IMG/VR virus record: IMGVR_UViG_3300034102_002416
DNA from: a virus
Strand: one strand, 5' to 3'
DNA: 64,000 bases
The notes under the pieces: generated by a model
Databases searched by the model: none
What the model saw: only the letters and a program-made list of their open reading frames with translations
Told to the model about the DNA's origin: nothing
In this document: positions 54,917 through 64,000 of the stretch, piece by piece
Layout of the letters: each line of letters starts with the position of its first letter
Position numbering within the stretch: position 1 is the stretch's first letter
Program-made: the position numbers and the translations under genes

Positions 54917-56797
54917 TTAATAATTTACTACTCGACCTTTAATATCTCTTGTTGAAAATTTAACTTCAAAAATACTAGGATCTAATGAAGGATAAATAAT
55001 ACCATTCTTAGTAGCAGAATTTAAATCATAAATGTTACCTGAATACCCAAAAGTCGTATCAAATAAATTGTTTAACGAAACTCCAATAACTGATTGAACT
55101 CCTTTTACATTGGCTAATGTAGTAGTTATATCAGATTTAATAATTGGTTGGTTTATTTGCCATTTATCGATATCAAAAAATGATTGTAATGCACTAATAC
55201 AATTTAATAATACTTCATTGCTATTATAATTTGGTAAAACTGATATTTCAAAGTTAACACCAATATTAATTATAAATGCATCTTTAATATTAACTGCATC
55301 TGTTAATATACGATAATAATCTAAATATGTTTTTAAATTTTCTTTAATAGCTTGATTTAATTGTACTAATTGTTTCGAAGAATTATATCCTAAAACATAC
55401 ATGTTCATTGCTAATGGATTTAATACACGAGATTCCTGATAATCTTGTTGTGATAATTGATCATCTGGAACTATATATGCTTTAGCAACACTTCCATATT
55501 TTGCCGGCATTGAATATGCACGAATAATATAATCTTCACGTGTTACTAAACGATTTTGTGTAGCAAAGTATGCTAGTGCATTATTTTTTATATCTTGTGC
55601 AGTATCGGCAGTTTTAGCACCAGTTGCCGCAATTGGATTATTAACAGCTACTGTTGTTTTAACAAAATTAACTAATGCAGCGCTTAAACTACTATTAATA
55701 TCATCATTATATTCGATAAAATTAATTTGTGTTAATACATTTGCTGGTACGTTATCAACAATTCCGTTACCAACTGTATATATAACTGTTAACGTTGTGT
55801 TTGCCGGTGCTTGGCCATATGTTCTTGTATATAAAAAATTAGACGGATCTATATCGACATCTACGGCACGCCTAAAGCCGGCTAATCCATTCCCGACGTT
55901 ATCTGGATTTGGTATTACTTCTTCATCATTATTATCAGAAACACCAGAACCAAATTGTATTTCTAAACGATTATCACTTCGCAATCTGGTAATAAATCGT
56001 TTTGCAGTTTTTCTAAGTTTTAATAAGCTAGGAGATGATGATCTATAAACATATAAATCCGGATCAGTTTCTGCTAAATTTGGTACATCTTCGAAGATAG
56101 TGTCTTGTGCTAAATATGGAACTTGATACCAATTATCGCCATCGGATTCGGTCATAGAAAGTATTTCTATAATATTCGTATCTGGTAATACAACTTTATC
56201 GTATGGTATTGGAGTAGTAAAATTGTAAGATGTTGTTCGAACATCACCTGACACTGCTCGTACTTGTTTTTTAAGAAGATAATATGTTGGTAATTTAGTG
56301 GATGGATCACTTTCATATATAGTTACTTCAGTAGTATCAAATGATGATGAAAAACCAAAATCTACGCTATCCAATGTTCTGAATATAGATGGTCCGTTTG
56401 ACTGTTGTATACGCATTCCCGGTTTAATTGATAATGCATAATTATAATCAGGTTGCACATTTGCACCAGTACCTGTTGCTGGAACTAACTGAAATATATC
56501 TAATGTAACATATGCTGGTACAACATTATTAGGCGTATAACCTAATGATTTTGCAATATCATATATATTTGTTCGTTCCGATGCTTGTTCTAAAAAAGAT
56601 TCTCTTAAATTTGTATCAGCATAGTATGATAATACATCGCCAACATATGCAGCTAATTCCAGAAATATCATTCCAGGAGATGACTCGTTAAAATCAGTGT
56701 ATGTTTGTGGAAAGTATTGTTTCGTAAAATCTATTAGATTTTGTCGAAATTGACTAAAATCCTTTCCTAAGTATGATATATCTTTTTTAGTTTCCAT
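54917..56797 (-). CDS. baseplate wedge protein (T4 gp6/J-like)
   Basis: DFSQFRQNL, TDFNESSPGMIFLELAAYVGDVLSYY, QFGSG, TQNRLVTREDY. Confidence 0.88.
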   Translation of the reverse strand: METKKDISYLGKDFSQFRQNLIDFTKQYFPQTYTDFNESSPGMIFLELAAYVGDVLSYYADTNLRESFLEQASERTNIYDIAKSLGYTPNNVVPAYVTLDIFQLVPATGTGANVQPDYNYALSIKPGMRIQQSNGPSIFRTLDSVDFGFSSSFDTTEVTIYESDPSTKLPTYYLLKKQVRAVSGDVRTTSYNFTTPIPYDKVVLPDTNIIEILSMTESDGDNWYQVPYLAQDTIFEDVPNLAETDPDLYVYRSSSPSLLKLRKTAKRFITRLRSDNRLEIQFGSGVSDNNDEEVIPNPDNVGNGLAGFRRAVDVDIDPSNFLYTRTYGQAPANTTLTVIYTVGNGIVDNVPANVLTQINFIEYNDDINSSLSAALVNFVKTTVAVNNPIAATGAKTADTAQDIKNNALAYFATQNRLVTREDYIIRAYSMPAKYGSVAKAYIVPDDQLSQQDYQESRVLNPLAMNMYVLGYNSSKQLVQLNQAIKENLKTYLDYYRILTDAVNIKDAFIINIGVNFEISVLPNYNSNEVLLNCISALQSFFDIDKWQINQPIIKSDITTTLANVKGVQSVIGVSLNNLFDTTFGYSGNIYDLNSATKNGIIYPSLDPSIFEVKFSTRDIKGRVVNY

Positions 56798-57251
56798 CAG
56801 CAATTAATAATTGGTTATCATTTGTTACATTTAATGTTATAGTTGATAATGATTCATCTGTAGTATTTGTTTGCACTTGAAACGTAATTTTTACAGAAAT
56901 ATTATGATCTAAATTTGCATCATCTTCAGCAGTTACAGTAGCAATTTCTATTATATTAATATATGGTAACCAAAAATTAACTGGCTGTGTTATAACATCA
57001 TTTATATTTTGTTTAATTGCATTTGTATTAGGTTCAAATAGTAATCTAACTAAATTAGTACCAAAATTTGGCTGAAGTGGTCGTTCACCTTTAGTTGTTA
57101 ACAGTAAATTTTTAAGATTACTAATTGCTTGATCGACGGTAGTATATGTCGATGAAAAAATTCCAAAAGCACCATTAAATGGTAATTGTACACCTAGTGC
57201 ACGATTTTCAGTCGTATCAGATTGATTTACACTTAATACTTGATACGCCAT
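56787..57251 (-). CDS. baseplate wedge subunit/sheath initiator (T4 gp25/W-like)
   Basis: NLKNLLLTTKGERPLQPNFGTNL...LFEP...WLPYI. Confidence 0.88.
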   Translation of the reverse strand: MAYQVLSVNQSDTTENRALGVQLPFNGAFGIFSSTYTTVDQAISNLKNLLLTTKGERPLQPNFGTNLVRLLFEPNTNAIKQNINDVITQPVNFWLPYINIIEIATVTAEDDANLDHNISVKITFQVQTNTTDESLSTITLNVTNDNQLLIADGN

Positions 57252-57255
57252 TTAA

Positions 57256-57762
57256 TTATAATCCTTTCTTCTTATTCACTGCTTTCATTAAAGCCGAATA
57301 ATCTCTTGTTAACGCCTTTTGAACCTCAGGCGCTACTTCATATGTTTTACCCGTTTCTGGATCTTCCATAACTGTCGGTGTTTGTGGTGCCAATCCCATT
57401 GCCTGTTGCATATTTTGTCGCATCATACCAAATCCTTGAGCATCTGCTGAAGTGAATGATAAGTCATCTACGCCTTCATTCATTAAATCAGAAAAACTAT
57501 TCATTGCTAAAGGCGCCTGTTCAACTAACGCATCTGTTTCGTTTAATATCGATGCCCATTTGTTTTCTGTGAATTGAACCGTAGATTTTTTCTTCGGTGG
57601 CGGAGGTGGATTTCGGTGGCCTGGCAAATTTGTTGTTCGCTTCGGCTGTTTCATTTCTGTAATAGTAGATTGTAATCCTTCTCGAAGAATTTCTGTTAAT
57701 TCTTCTTTAATAACTTCACGTACGGCTACTTTAAGCGCTTTTATCAATGTTTTTGAATCCAT
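57256..57762 (-). CDS. hypothetical protein
   Basis: AVREVIKEELTEILRE N-terminus, RDYSALMK C-terminus; late motif at 57776-57784. Confidence 0.65.
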   Translation of the reverse strand: MDSKTLIKALKVAVREVIKEELTEILREGLQSTITEMKQPKRTTNLPGHRNPPPPPKKKSTVQFTENKWASILNETDALVEQAPLAMNSFSDLMNEGVDDLSFTSADAQGFGMMRQNMQQAMGLAPQTPTVMEDPETGKTYEVAPEVQKALTRDYSALMKAVNKKKGL

Positions 57763-57792
57763 GGTATATTTTTTATATAAATATTGTAAATA

Positions 57793-58629
57793 TTAATTTA
57801 CGGGATTACCCCAATTAGTAGCAGATACTTTTGGTCCGTAAACTGTATTTGTAGTTGTATCAATATAATAATCGCCAGTTTTACCTAAATCTACCGGTGG
57901 TATTCCAGCCTGTTGATATACTTTGCTAGGTGCTTCTTGTAACGATGTTAGTAAATCTTGTTGTTGCTGTAAAAGTTGTTCAATCTGGCCAGATCGGTCT
58001 GTTAAATCAGAATCTGATACATTTAGTTCGTTATAGAATTCACTGTTAACTAAATCATTATAATCCGTGATATTGGCATTTTTTAATTCATCTGGTACTT
58101 CTAATGCCGGCGCTTCGCCGTTACACGCTTCTCCAATTTTAGCAATTGCTGCAATTAATGGAGGTAATAAAGTTTGTAAACGTCCTAATAATTGAGTCGG
58201 CAACGTTGCAAATTGATTTAATGACGCAATTGCATTAACAATCGTAGCATCTTGTATTGCTTGTAATTGTAATGCAATAAATAAACCAGCAGTTGCTGGA
58301 TTTGAAAGTTGTGCTGCAGCTATCGTGGCTTTAATTCCTTGTGCAATATTAACAATTTGTTTAACTGCATTGATTGATTGTTGTATTACTGGTATAGCAG
58401 CTTGTACTTGCTGAATAATTTCTTGTATTTGAGCTAATTGTTCTTTTAGTTTTTTTATACGAGGATCATCACATTGAATATTTCCTGGTAATTTAACTGA
58501 TTCTTGTATGACATTCGAAGCAATTTCAGTTAATTGATCTAATTGTTGATTTAATTGATCAATTATAAATTCGGCGCCACGTGCTGGTAATTTAGGTATA
58601 AAATCTAATGGTGGTACTATTGATGGCAT
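57793..58629 (-). CDS. hypothetical helical virion protein
   Basis: Q/L/A-rich helices; C-terminal GKTGDYYIDTTTNTVYGPK motif; AAGGA SD. Confidence 0.6.
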   Translation of the reverse strand: MPSIVPPLDFIPKLPARGAEFIIDQLNQQLDQLTEIASNVIQESVKLPGNIQCDDPRIKKLKEQLAQIQEIIQQVQAAIPVIQQSINAVKQIVNIAQGIKATIAAAQLSNPATAGLFIALQLQAIQDATIVNAIASLNQFATLPTQLLGRLQTLLPPLIAAIAKIGEACNGEAPALEVPDELKNANITDYNDLVNSEFYNELNVSDSDLTDRSGQIEQLLQQQQDLLTSLQEAPSKVYQQAGIPPVDLGKTGDYYIDTTTNTVYGPKVSATNWGNPVN

Positions 58630-58637
58630 AACTTTCC

Positions 58638-59645
58638 TTAATATGTATTTTTCTTAATAAAATATGTAGAACTTAGTAATTCTTGCAATAATTGCTGGGC
58701 TCGTTGGACGTATGATCCTCCATTAGCATAACCGCCAGTGGGTGCATATGTATCTCCGACTACGATTCCTGATTGCAGTTGTAAAATAATATTTTGTAAT
58801 ATTGATACTAATACATCACCATGTACCATAGATTCTGTAGCATCATCACTTCCAATTTTAACTTCACCGGTGGTATTTAACACGATACCAACTGGCGCAT
58901 CAATAACCGCAATATCTGTTTTTGCTTTTAATATAATACGATCAGCAACACCAATTAGTTGTGATCTAGAAAACTGTGATTCACTAGGACCAAATTTAGT
59001 AAGTGGATTTCTTTGATTACCAACGCCTAATAATAAATTTGGAATATTTTGTGTGCTTGTTAAGTATATAGATGAAGCATCTGCCTCAACATTCTCAATA
59101 ACATATGAATCTTTTGTATATGGAGTACCATTGGAAATTGCAATAATTGGATCGCCATTTATAGCACCACGCCATAGTGGACGCGTTTCATATTCGCCTC
59201 CGATAACAGTACTACCTAATCTAATAGTATTACTAAATCGACCTTCGATTAATATATCACCCTCATACGGTTGTTTAAATGATACTTCTTTTTCTTCGAA
59301 TGATGTTTTTGGAATATATGGTATACTTTGTGGTTGAGAAACTCCTTGCAAAAAATTGCTATTAACATCTGAATTTAAAGCAAAACTTGAAATCCAATAC
59401 CACTGTGGATATGCTGATTCTGAGTTATTTTCTGCCGATAATCCGCGCACTAATAATACATGTTCTCCGACACGCGGTATATCTTTTATATTAGAATTTA
59501 AAGGAATTGCTAATATTTCTTGTTGATTATAAAAATCAGTATATGTTTTTACAGATATTTGAAATTTATTACTATCCACATACTCATATGTAGATACATT
59601 TGGATTTGAAATTACTTCTCCGATATGAAACTCTACATTAGACAT
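58638..59645 (-). CDS. baseplate central spike/hub protein (gp5/gpV-like)
   Basis: N-terminal OB-fold-like IPRVGEHVLL; EGDILIEGRFSNTIRLGS; beta-strand repeats and MVHGDVL near the C-terminus; upstream of gp25. Confidence 0.6.
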   Translation of the reverse strand: MSNVEFHIGEVISNPNVSTYEYVDSNKFQISVKTYTDFYNQQEILAIPLNSNIKDIPRVGEHVLLVRGLSAENNSESAYPQWYWISSFALNSDVNSNFLQGVSQPQSIPYIPKTSFEEKEVSFKQPYEGDILIEGRFSNTIRLGSTVIGGEYETRPLWRGAINGDPIIAISNGTPYTKDSYVIENVEADASSIYLTSTQNIPNLLLGVGNQRNPLTKFGPSESQFSRSQLIGVADRIILKAKTDIAVIDAPVGIVLNTTGEVKIGSDDATESMVHGDVLVSILQNIILQLQSGIVVGDTYAPTGGYANGGSYVQRAQQLLQELLSSTYFIKKNTY

Positions 59646-60075
59646 TCATATCTCTTTCTTCTAATTTGTTTTTAACTGCAGTTATTTTTTGATTTAAAAC
59701 TGTATCTTCATTAGTAATATCAGTTAACTCATCAGTTAATTCATCGGATAAAGTTTTTTCTGCAATTTTGAGTAATTGTTCTTTTTCTTCATCGGATAAT
59801 AATCCATCAGCTCCAGCAATTGTTTGTTTAGTCGAAATAAATCGTTGCACGATTGCTGTTAGTTTAACAAGATGATCATCATTTTTTACAGCAACATCTA
59901 AGTACTCTTTAATTAAAGGTACAATAATAGTAGCATCTGATGCATTTTTAATTAAAGGTTGTAACTGAGCGATTAGTTGATTAATTTGCCTATCTTTCTT
60001 TTTTGAGTTATGATAGACATCTGACATTAAATCCGCAAATGAAGTACCTTTAAATAGTTCATCATTTTTGTCCAT
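59638..60075 (-). CDS. conserved hypothetical helical protein (possible small terminase)
   Basis: 145 aa helical ORF with late motif at 60092-60100; function is inference only. Confidence 0.5.
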   Translation of the reverse strand: MDKNDELFKGTSFADLMSDVYHNSKKKDRQINQLIAQLQPLIKNASDATIIVPLIKEYLDVAVKNDDHLVKLTAIVQRFISTKQTIAGADGLLSDEEKEQLLKIAEKTLSDELTDELTDITNEDTVLNQKITAVKNKLEERDMNV

Positions 60076-60099
60076 AACGTAAATCCTTTAATATAAATA

Positions 60100-60798
60100 T
60101 CAAAAAGGCAATTTTACGAAGTTTGTACGTTCATACATTAAGAAATTCTCATCGTATATTTGTTTTAAAGTTTTAATAACTTTAGTAATATTAGTAGTTT
60201 TTAATCCAGTTCGTTCTCGTATAAAAATATACAATGCTTTTTTATTAAAATCTTCAATATTTTCTCTAGTTTCAAAAATATGTAAAACTGAATCGGCTAC
60301 ATGTATATCAACTGGATTATTGAATATGTAATTTAAATTATCATAACAATGTTCGATATAAGCATTCATAAAATATTCTAATGTTTCACGCATCTCGATA
60401 TTATGAATTTCAGTCATAATATTTCGTTGATCATCAACATCTAATTCTAGAGTATCTGCCTTAAGTTTATTATATGCTTTTTGATTTTCAGCAATTAAAT
60501 AATTAAAAGATGTTCTAGTATAATAAGAATAGGCTTTACCATTATTTGGATTAAACTTATTTAATCGTTCTGTCAGATATGTAACTAAATCTGTTTGTAA
60601 ATCAGTAAATGTGGAATCTATATAGGTAGGTTTAACCTTATTAATTAGATTTTCCGCAAGTTTCATGAATGGAGGATAAATAAATCTGCGATATATCTTT
60701 TCTCGCTTTACTGTGCTGTCTGACTTGTTATATGCAGATATTGCAATGTCTGTTATTTTTGTAAAGTAAACATTACTTTTTTTCTTGCGTTTCGCCAT
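60100..60798 (-). CDS. late-transcription sigma factor (T4 gp55-like)
   Basis: VYFTK...KLAENLI...NKFNPNNGKAYSYYTRTSFNYLI resembles gp55 sigma region 2. Confidence 0.7.
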   Translation of the reverse strand: MAKRKKKSNVYFTKITDIAISAYNKSDSTVKREKIYRRFIYPPFMKLAENLINKVKPTYIDSTFTDLQTDLVTYLTERLNKFNPNNGKAYSYYTRTSFNYLIAENQKAYNKLKADTLELDVDDQRNIMTEIHNIEMRETLEYFMNAYIEHCYDNLNYIFNNPVDIHVADSVLHIFETRENIEDFNKKALYIFIRERTGLKTTNITKVIKTLKQIYDENFLMYERTNFVKLPF

Positions 60799-61072
60799 CG
60801 AATTGTTCTTTAAGTTCTGTGATTACTTCGTTTAATAATTGAAATGTAGTTCCTGCTTCGTCTTCAGATTCAAATGCACCTAATCGATCAATTTGTTTCA
60901 TGATGTTATATGATGATTCGATTCGACTATACATGAATTGATTGGTAGATTCTAATTCTTCAATATATTCCTGAGCTTCAGCCAATGTTCCTGCTAATTG
61001 CCACATTCTAGCTCCAAAATAACCAGCAATACCTCCAGTTATTATCCATAATATTATATACAATGTTACCAT
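60773..61072 (-). CDS. small membrane-anchored protein
   Basis: N-terminal TM helix followed by an acidic coiled coil. Confidence 0.6.
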   Translation of the reverse strand: MVTLYIILWIITGGIAGYFGARMWQLAGTLAEAQEYIEELESTNQFMYSRIESSYNIMKQIDRLGAFESEDEAGTTFQLLNEVITELKEQFDGETQEKK

Positions 61073-61074
61073 AA

Positions 61075-61851
61075 TTAATCCTGATTAAATGCACTAAAAA
61101 TATCTGTTAATGTTTTTTCAACATCTGGATTATTTTCTGCTAAGTTTTTAAGTCCGTTTGATTTTGTTACTTTACTTTTTTCTGCAACTGGTTTTGGAGT
61201 CACTTTATCTCGGTTTCTCCATCGCTCGTATTCAATTTGGGATGCCATATGATCTGCGTGGTGTAGAAGTAAAGGTAAATTAGTTTTTAATTTAGCTTGA
61301 GCCGATCGTGCAACAAAGTAAGGTTTATTTGCATCATCATACATTCCATCATGTATTTTAATTGCCTGATATTCAGTCCAAGACAATTTAATACCATATT
61401 CTTGTAGCAACCAAATTGAAAGATCTGGTACCATTGTGAACGGAATATTTTCATTGTGCTTATACATTTTGTTTTGGTTTTTACGATGCCAATCCGAAGT
61501 TTCTACTTGATATACTTCATTACCATCGCCTGGAAATCCTATTTTTCCTAAATCATGATGCATTGCTGCAAATAACATTTCTTCTTCAGTATAACCAGAC
61601 ATATCAGCACCCATTGACTTCCAAGTTGCATATAATGCTTTTGTGCAATCAATAACACGAAGTATATGATCTACATATCCGCCAGCAAACGCATTATGAA
61701 AATGTGCAATTGAAGATGCTGGCATTAAAACCATTCGTTCTTCAAAATCATCATACATTCGATTTAAGGCATCTTTACGGGTAGTAAATGTTGTATCAAC
61801 AATTGCACGATACTGTTCCCAATTAGATTTTATTTTTTCTGCTTCTAACAT
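61075..61851 (-). CDS. HD-domain phosphohydrolase
   Basis: HNAFAGGYVDH, HHDLGKIG, IHDG, HHAD. Confidence 0.85.
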   Translation of the reverse strand: MLEAEKIKSNWEQYRAIVDTTFTTRKDALNRMYDDFEERMVLMPASSIAHFHNAFAGGYVDHILRVIDCTKALYATWKSMGADMSGYTEEEMLFAAMHHDLGKIGFPGDGNEVYQVETSDWHRKNQNKMYKHNENIPFTMVPDLSIWLLQEYGIKLSWTEYQAIKIHDGMYDDANKPYFVARSAQAKLKTNLPLLLHHADHMASQIEYERWRNRDKVTPKPVAEKSKVTKSNGLKNLAENNPDVEKTLTDIFSAFNQD

Positions 61852-61860
61852 AGTTTATAT

Positions 61861-61892
61861 AAATAATATAATATTACTTTCGTAATTCCAAT
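61861..61892 (-). promoter_or_regulatory. class II promoter ATTG-N20-TATTATTT (HD-sigma operon)
   Basis: Same 20-nt spacer; upstream of the HD gene, the membrane protein and the sigma gene. Confidence 0.5.
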
Positions 61893-62038
61893 GTTTCGCC
61901 ATTAACTAGTTTCAATGTGCATTTCCAACATGTAATAGCAGTTGCATTAACATCGACTCGTTCGGAGATAGTATCACAATATTTACATTGTAACTTTTTA
62001 AAACCTTTTGGTAAAGGAGCACGTTTTGATTTTTTCAT
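61874..62038 (-). CDS. small zinc-ribbon protein (54 aa)
   Basis: Translated by hand: MKKSKRAPLPKGFKKLQCKYCDTISERVDVNATAITCWKCTLKLVNGETLELRK, with two CxxC motifs; below the track cutoff. Confidence 0.65.
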   Translation of the reverse strand: MKKSKRAPLPKGFKKLQCKYCDTISERVDVNATAITCWKCTLKLVNGETLELRK

Positions 62039-62049
62039 GTGATGATTTT

Positions 62050-62229
62050 TTATTCGCGGTCAATGTAATAACGAGCCGAATCTAATTTTGTTAAAGCTCT
62101 TGCTAAATTATCTAAGGCAGAATCTTTATCAATTTTACCTTCTGTTAACATACGACCGGTGTTCCGGATAATCTCTCTTGCATCTTCAATATCATCCGTA
62201 ATTTTTGCTTTGTACTTGTAATGTGCCAT
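62050..62229 (-). CDS. small hypothetical protein (59 aa)
   Basis: Translated by hand: MAHYKYKAKITDDIEDARE...SARYYIDRE; AAGGA and late motif at 62247-62255 upstream. Confidence 0.65.
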   Translation of the reverse strand: MAHYKYKAKITDDIEDAREIIRNTGRMLTEGKIDKDSALDNLARALTKLDSARYYIDRE

Positions 62230-62256
62230 AACTTTTTTTCCTTTATTATAAATATA

Positions 62257-63285
62257 TTATCCTAAAATAATTGCTGGATTTTCGCGATGGCAATCGATAC
62301 CAACATTCTGAATAGCTTGCTCTTTTGCCTTAGCCTCTACTTCAACATCTAATGCATCAACACCGTAAGTATTCGGTAATTGCAAAATAAAGTCAGAATG
62401 CGCTGGTGCTTTGATCTTGCTGAACTCTTTGTACATCTTAGCAAATGTAGGCCACTTTGGTAAATCTTCTTGCGGAATACCATGTTTATCGCAAATGCCT
62501 TCGATAAGACGTTGTGCTTCGCGTCGACGAGATTCTGAGTAATGAGTGCATTGAGTAACACCGTGACGAGTCCAAGTTTCTCGAGCCATAAAGAATGCTT
62601 CTTGTTCGGATAAGTCACCGGTATTGAATGTATGATGCCAATAGTCAAATGTAATCGGAATAGCAATATCGCGATGCAACATTTCATACAAGTCGCGAAC
62701 TGAATACATAGAAGCCTTGTCATCATTTTCAATAACAAGACGTGCCTTAAGATTATCAGACAAACGATCATAATTCTTCAACCAACGTTGTATGGTAGTT
62801 GCCTTATCGCCGTAAGTAGCACCTACGTGAATATTAATAAGATTGTCAAAGCTAGGAGCAAAGCCCATAAGATCAAACATCTCAGAATGACGTTCTAATC
62901 CAACAATACTATTTTCGACCACAACAGAATCTGGACTACCTAATATATGGAAAGGACCAGGATGTGTAGTAAGACGATGGCCATGTGCCCGAGCATAATC
63001 GCCTGCTACGCGAAGGTGATGTGCAATCTCAGCAATATCAGGCAAATCTGCTAATTCATAATGATTCCATCGAGGAAATATTTCTGAACCAATTCGGAAT
63101 AAACGTATACCTTGCTGTTCGTTCCATTGGAGTATAGGTAGTAAGTCACGAGCATTAGCTAATGAAATATCAGAAGCTAACTGCATACCGCCAGCCTTGA
63201 ATTTACGTTCAATCATGGTGCGACCTGTGCGGATACCTTGAGAACTAAGTTGCATGTTAATGCAGCAATAACCAAATCTAATCAT
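62257..63285 (-). CDS. uvsE: UV damage endonuclease
   Basis: RFGYCCIN, IRLFRIGSEIFP, RLTTHPGPF, INIHVG, RLVIENDD, FDYWHH, HYSE, AHSD, EVEAKAKE. Confidence 0.93.
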   Translation of the reverse strand: MIRFGYCCINMQLSSQGIRTGRTMIERKFKAGGMQLASDISLANARDLLPILQWNEQQGIRLFRIGSEIFPRWNHYELADLPDIAEIAHHLRVAGDYARAHGHRLTTHPGPFHILGSPDSVVVENSIVGLERHSEMFDLMGFAPSFDNLINIHVGATYGDKATTIQRWLKNYDRLSDNLKARLVIENDDKASMYSVRDLYEMLHRDIAIPITFDYWHHTFNTGDLSEQEAFFMARETWTRHGVTQCTHYSESRRREAQRLIEGICDKHGIPQEDLPKWPTFAKMYKEFSKIKAPAHSDFILQLPNTYGVDALDVEVEAKAKEQAIQNVGIDCHRENPAIILG

Positions 63286-63353
63286 AGTATTTTTTTATTA
63301 ATATAAGAAAAATTTTGTAAATAACCTAGAATGCAATGTTTTTATTGTAGTTT

Positions 63354-63362
63354 ATATTTATA
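63354..63362 (+). promoter_or_regulatory. late promoter motif ATATTTATA on the + strand
   Basis: Precedes the only + strand gene, which fixes the orientation of the motif. Confidence 0.65.
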
Positions 63363-63388
63363 TGAAAAGATATAATAAAGATAGTATT

Positions 63389-64000
63389 ATGAATTTACAA
63401 AAACTACTTGCAGAAAATATGCTTAGGTTTGCACCTAAAAATTTAGATGAGACATCTATTAGTAATATTTTAACAATAATAGAACAAGCTGGTGTTTCTG
63501 GATTACCAAAAACATATGAAGAATTTATTGCATTAGATTCAGCTGACGTAACAAAAACACCAGGATATGCAGAATTATTTAAACGCGTATTTGAATTACA
63601 ATCTGGTAAAGGCGATGGGTATAACAATTCCGAACAATATGCAACTGAAACTATTGGTTGGTGGTCCGGTTCCCCACAATTAAATAATCAACAGAACCGA
63701 GCAAAAGATCAAACTGATAATGTTATTAAAAATATAGATTTTATGATTTCTAGTTTAGAATCAATTAAATCTGGTAAATTTAATATACAAATTTCAGATT
63801 TAGATAAACGACTAATGCTTTTAAAGCAAGTTCGAGCTCAACTAAATTCATTAATGTCTAAAGATATATACATAAATAATTGGCGCCCGCAAGGAGTTGA
63901 TCTAGCTGGAAAAATTTATAATCTATCTACTAAAGTTTATGGTGATATCGATCGGTTATCATCTACAGTACCAGCACCATCTGATTTGCAAAAATTTTTA
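63389..64000 (+). CDS. 5' part of a hypothetical (probable internal head) protein, runs off the right edge
   Basis: Frame open from 63389 (or 63362) to the end: MNLQKLLAENMLRFAPKNLDE...; not in the ORF track because there is no stop in the window. Confidence 0.7.
   Translation, partial: MNLQKLLAENMLRFAPKNLDETSISNILTIIEQAGVSGLPKTYEEFIALDSADVTKTPGYAELFKRVFELQSGKGDGYNNSEQYATETIGWWSGSPQLNNQQNRAKDQTDNVIKNIDFMISSLESIKSGKFNIQISDLDKRLMLLKQVRAQLNSLMSKDIYINNWRPQGVDLAGKIYNLSTKVYGDIDRLSSTVPAPSDLQKFL

Noticed and set aside
62349-62771. 140-aa alternative-frame ORF inside uvsE (also 7801, 25932, 27325, 40011 and 47102)
   Set aside because: Nested out-of-frame ORFs with atypical composition and no initiation signals.
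63358-63627. 89-aa minus-strand ORF in the track
   Set aside because: It is the shadow of a longer open plus-strand frame that has the late motif and a typical leader.
1-64000. Stop-codon reassignment, as seen in some large phages
   Set aside because: Conserved genes are full length in the standard code, coding density is high, and TAA, TAG and TGA all end genes at sensible positions.

Overview
This AT-rich window comes from a large, T4-like (contractile-tailed) dsDNA bacteriophage. It reads in the standard genetic code and almost every gene is on the minus strand. It holds the virion morphogenesis region: baseplate, tape measure, tail chaperone, tube, sheath, a fibre/adhesin module, neck, major capsid, scaffold, prohead protease, portal and large terminase. 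It also holds a phage ribosomal protein bS21, PhoH, an Mre11-Rad50 (SbcD-SbcC) fusion, a primase, a T7 endonuclease I-like resolvase, a gp55-like late sigma factor, an HD hydrolase and UvsE. A Bacteroidota host is inferred from the bS21 C-terminus, a signal peptide ending A|Q and promoter spacing. I saw no tRNA, rRNA, CRISPR array or mobile element. The most notable hidden patterns are: (1) an [S/T]-G-S tripeptide strongly enriched in surface-exposed virion proteins, possibly a modification sequon; (2) two promoter classes, with the late motif ATATTTATW being the reverse complement of the T4 late promoter, and a bS21 operon under the other class while many late genes carry Shine-Dalgarno sites; (3) probable head-packaged enzymes with Glu-ended propeptides, including a minimal protein kinase and a three-module nucleotidyltransferase polyprotein; (4) a shared N-terminal LIxxLKxQPRHGQ tag on two unrelated tail proteins; (5) a candidate +1/-2 frameshift in the tail chaperone; and (6) a three-way-junction RNA leader before a fibre gene. 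All functional calls come from motif recognition and gene order by eye; no database searches were run.
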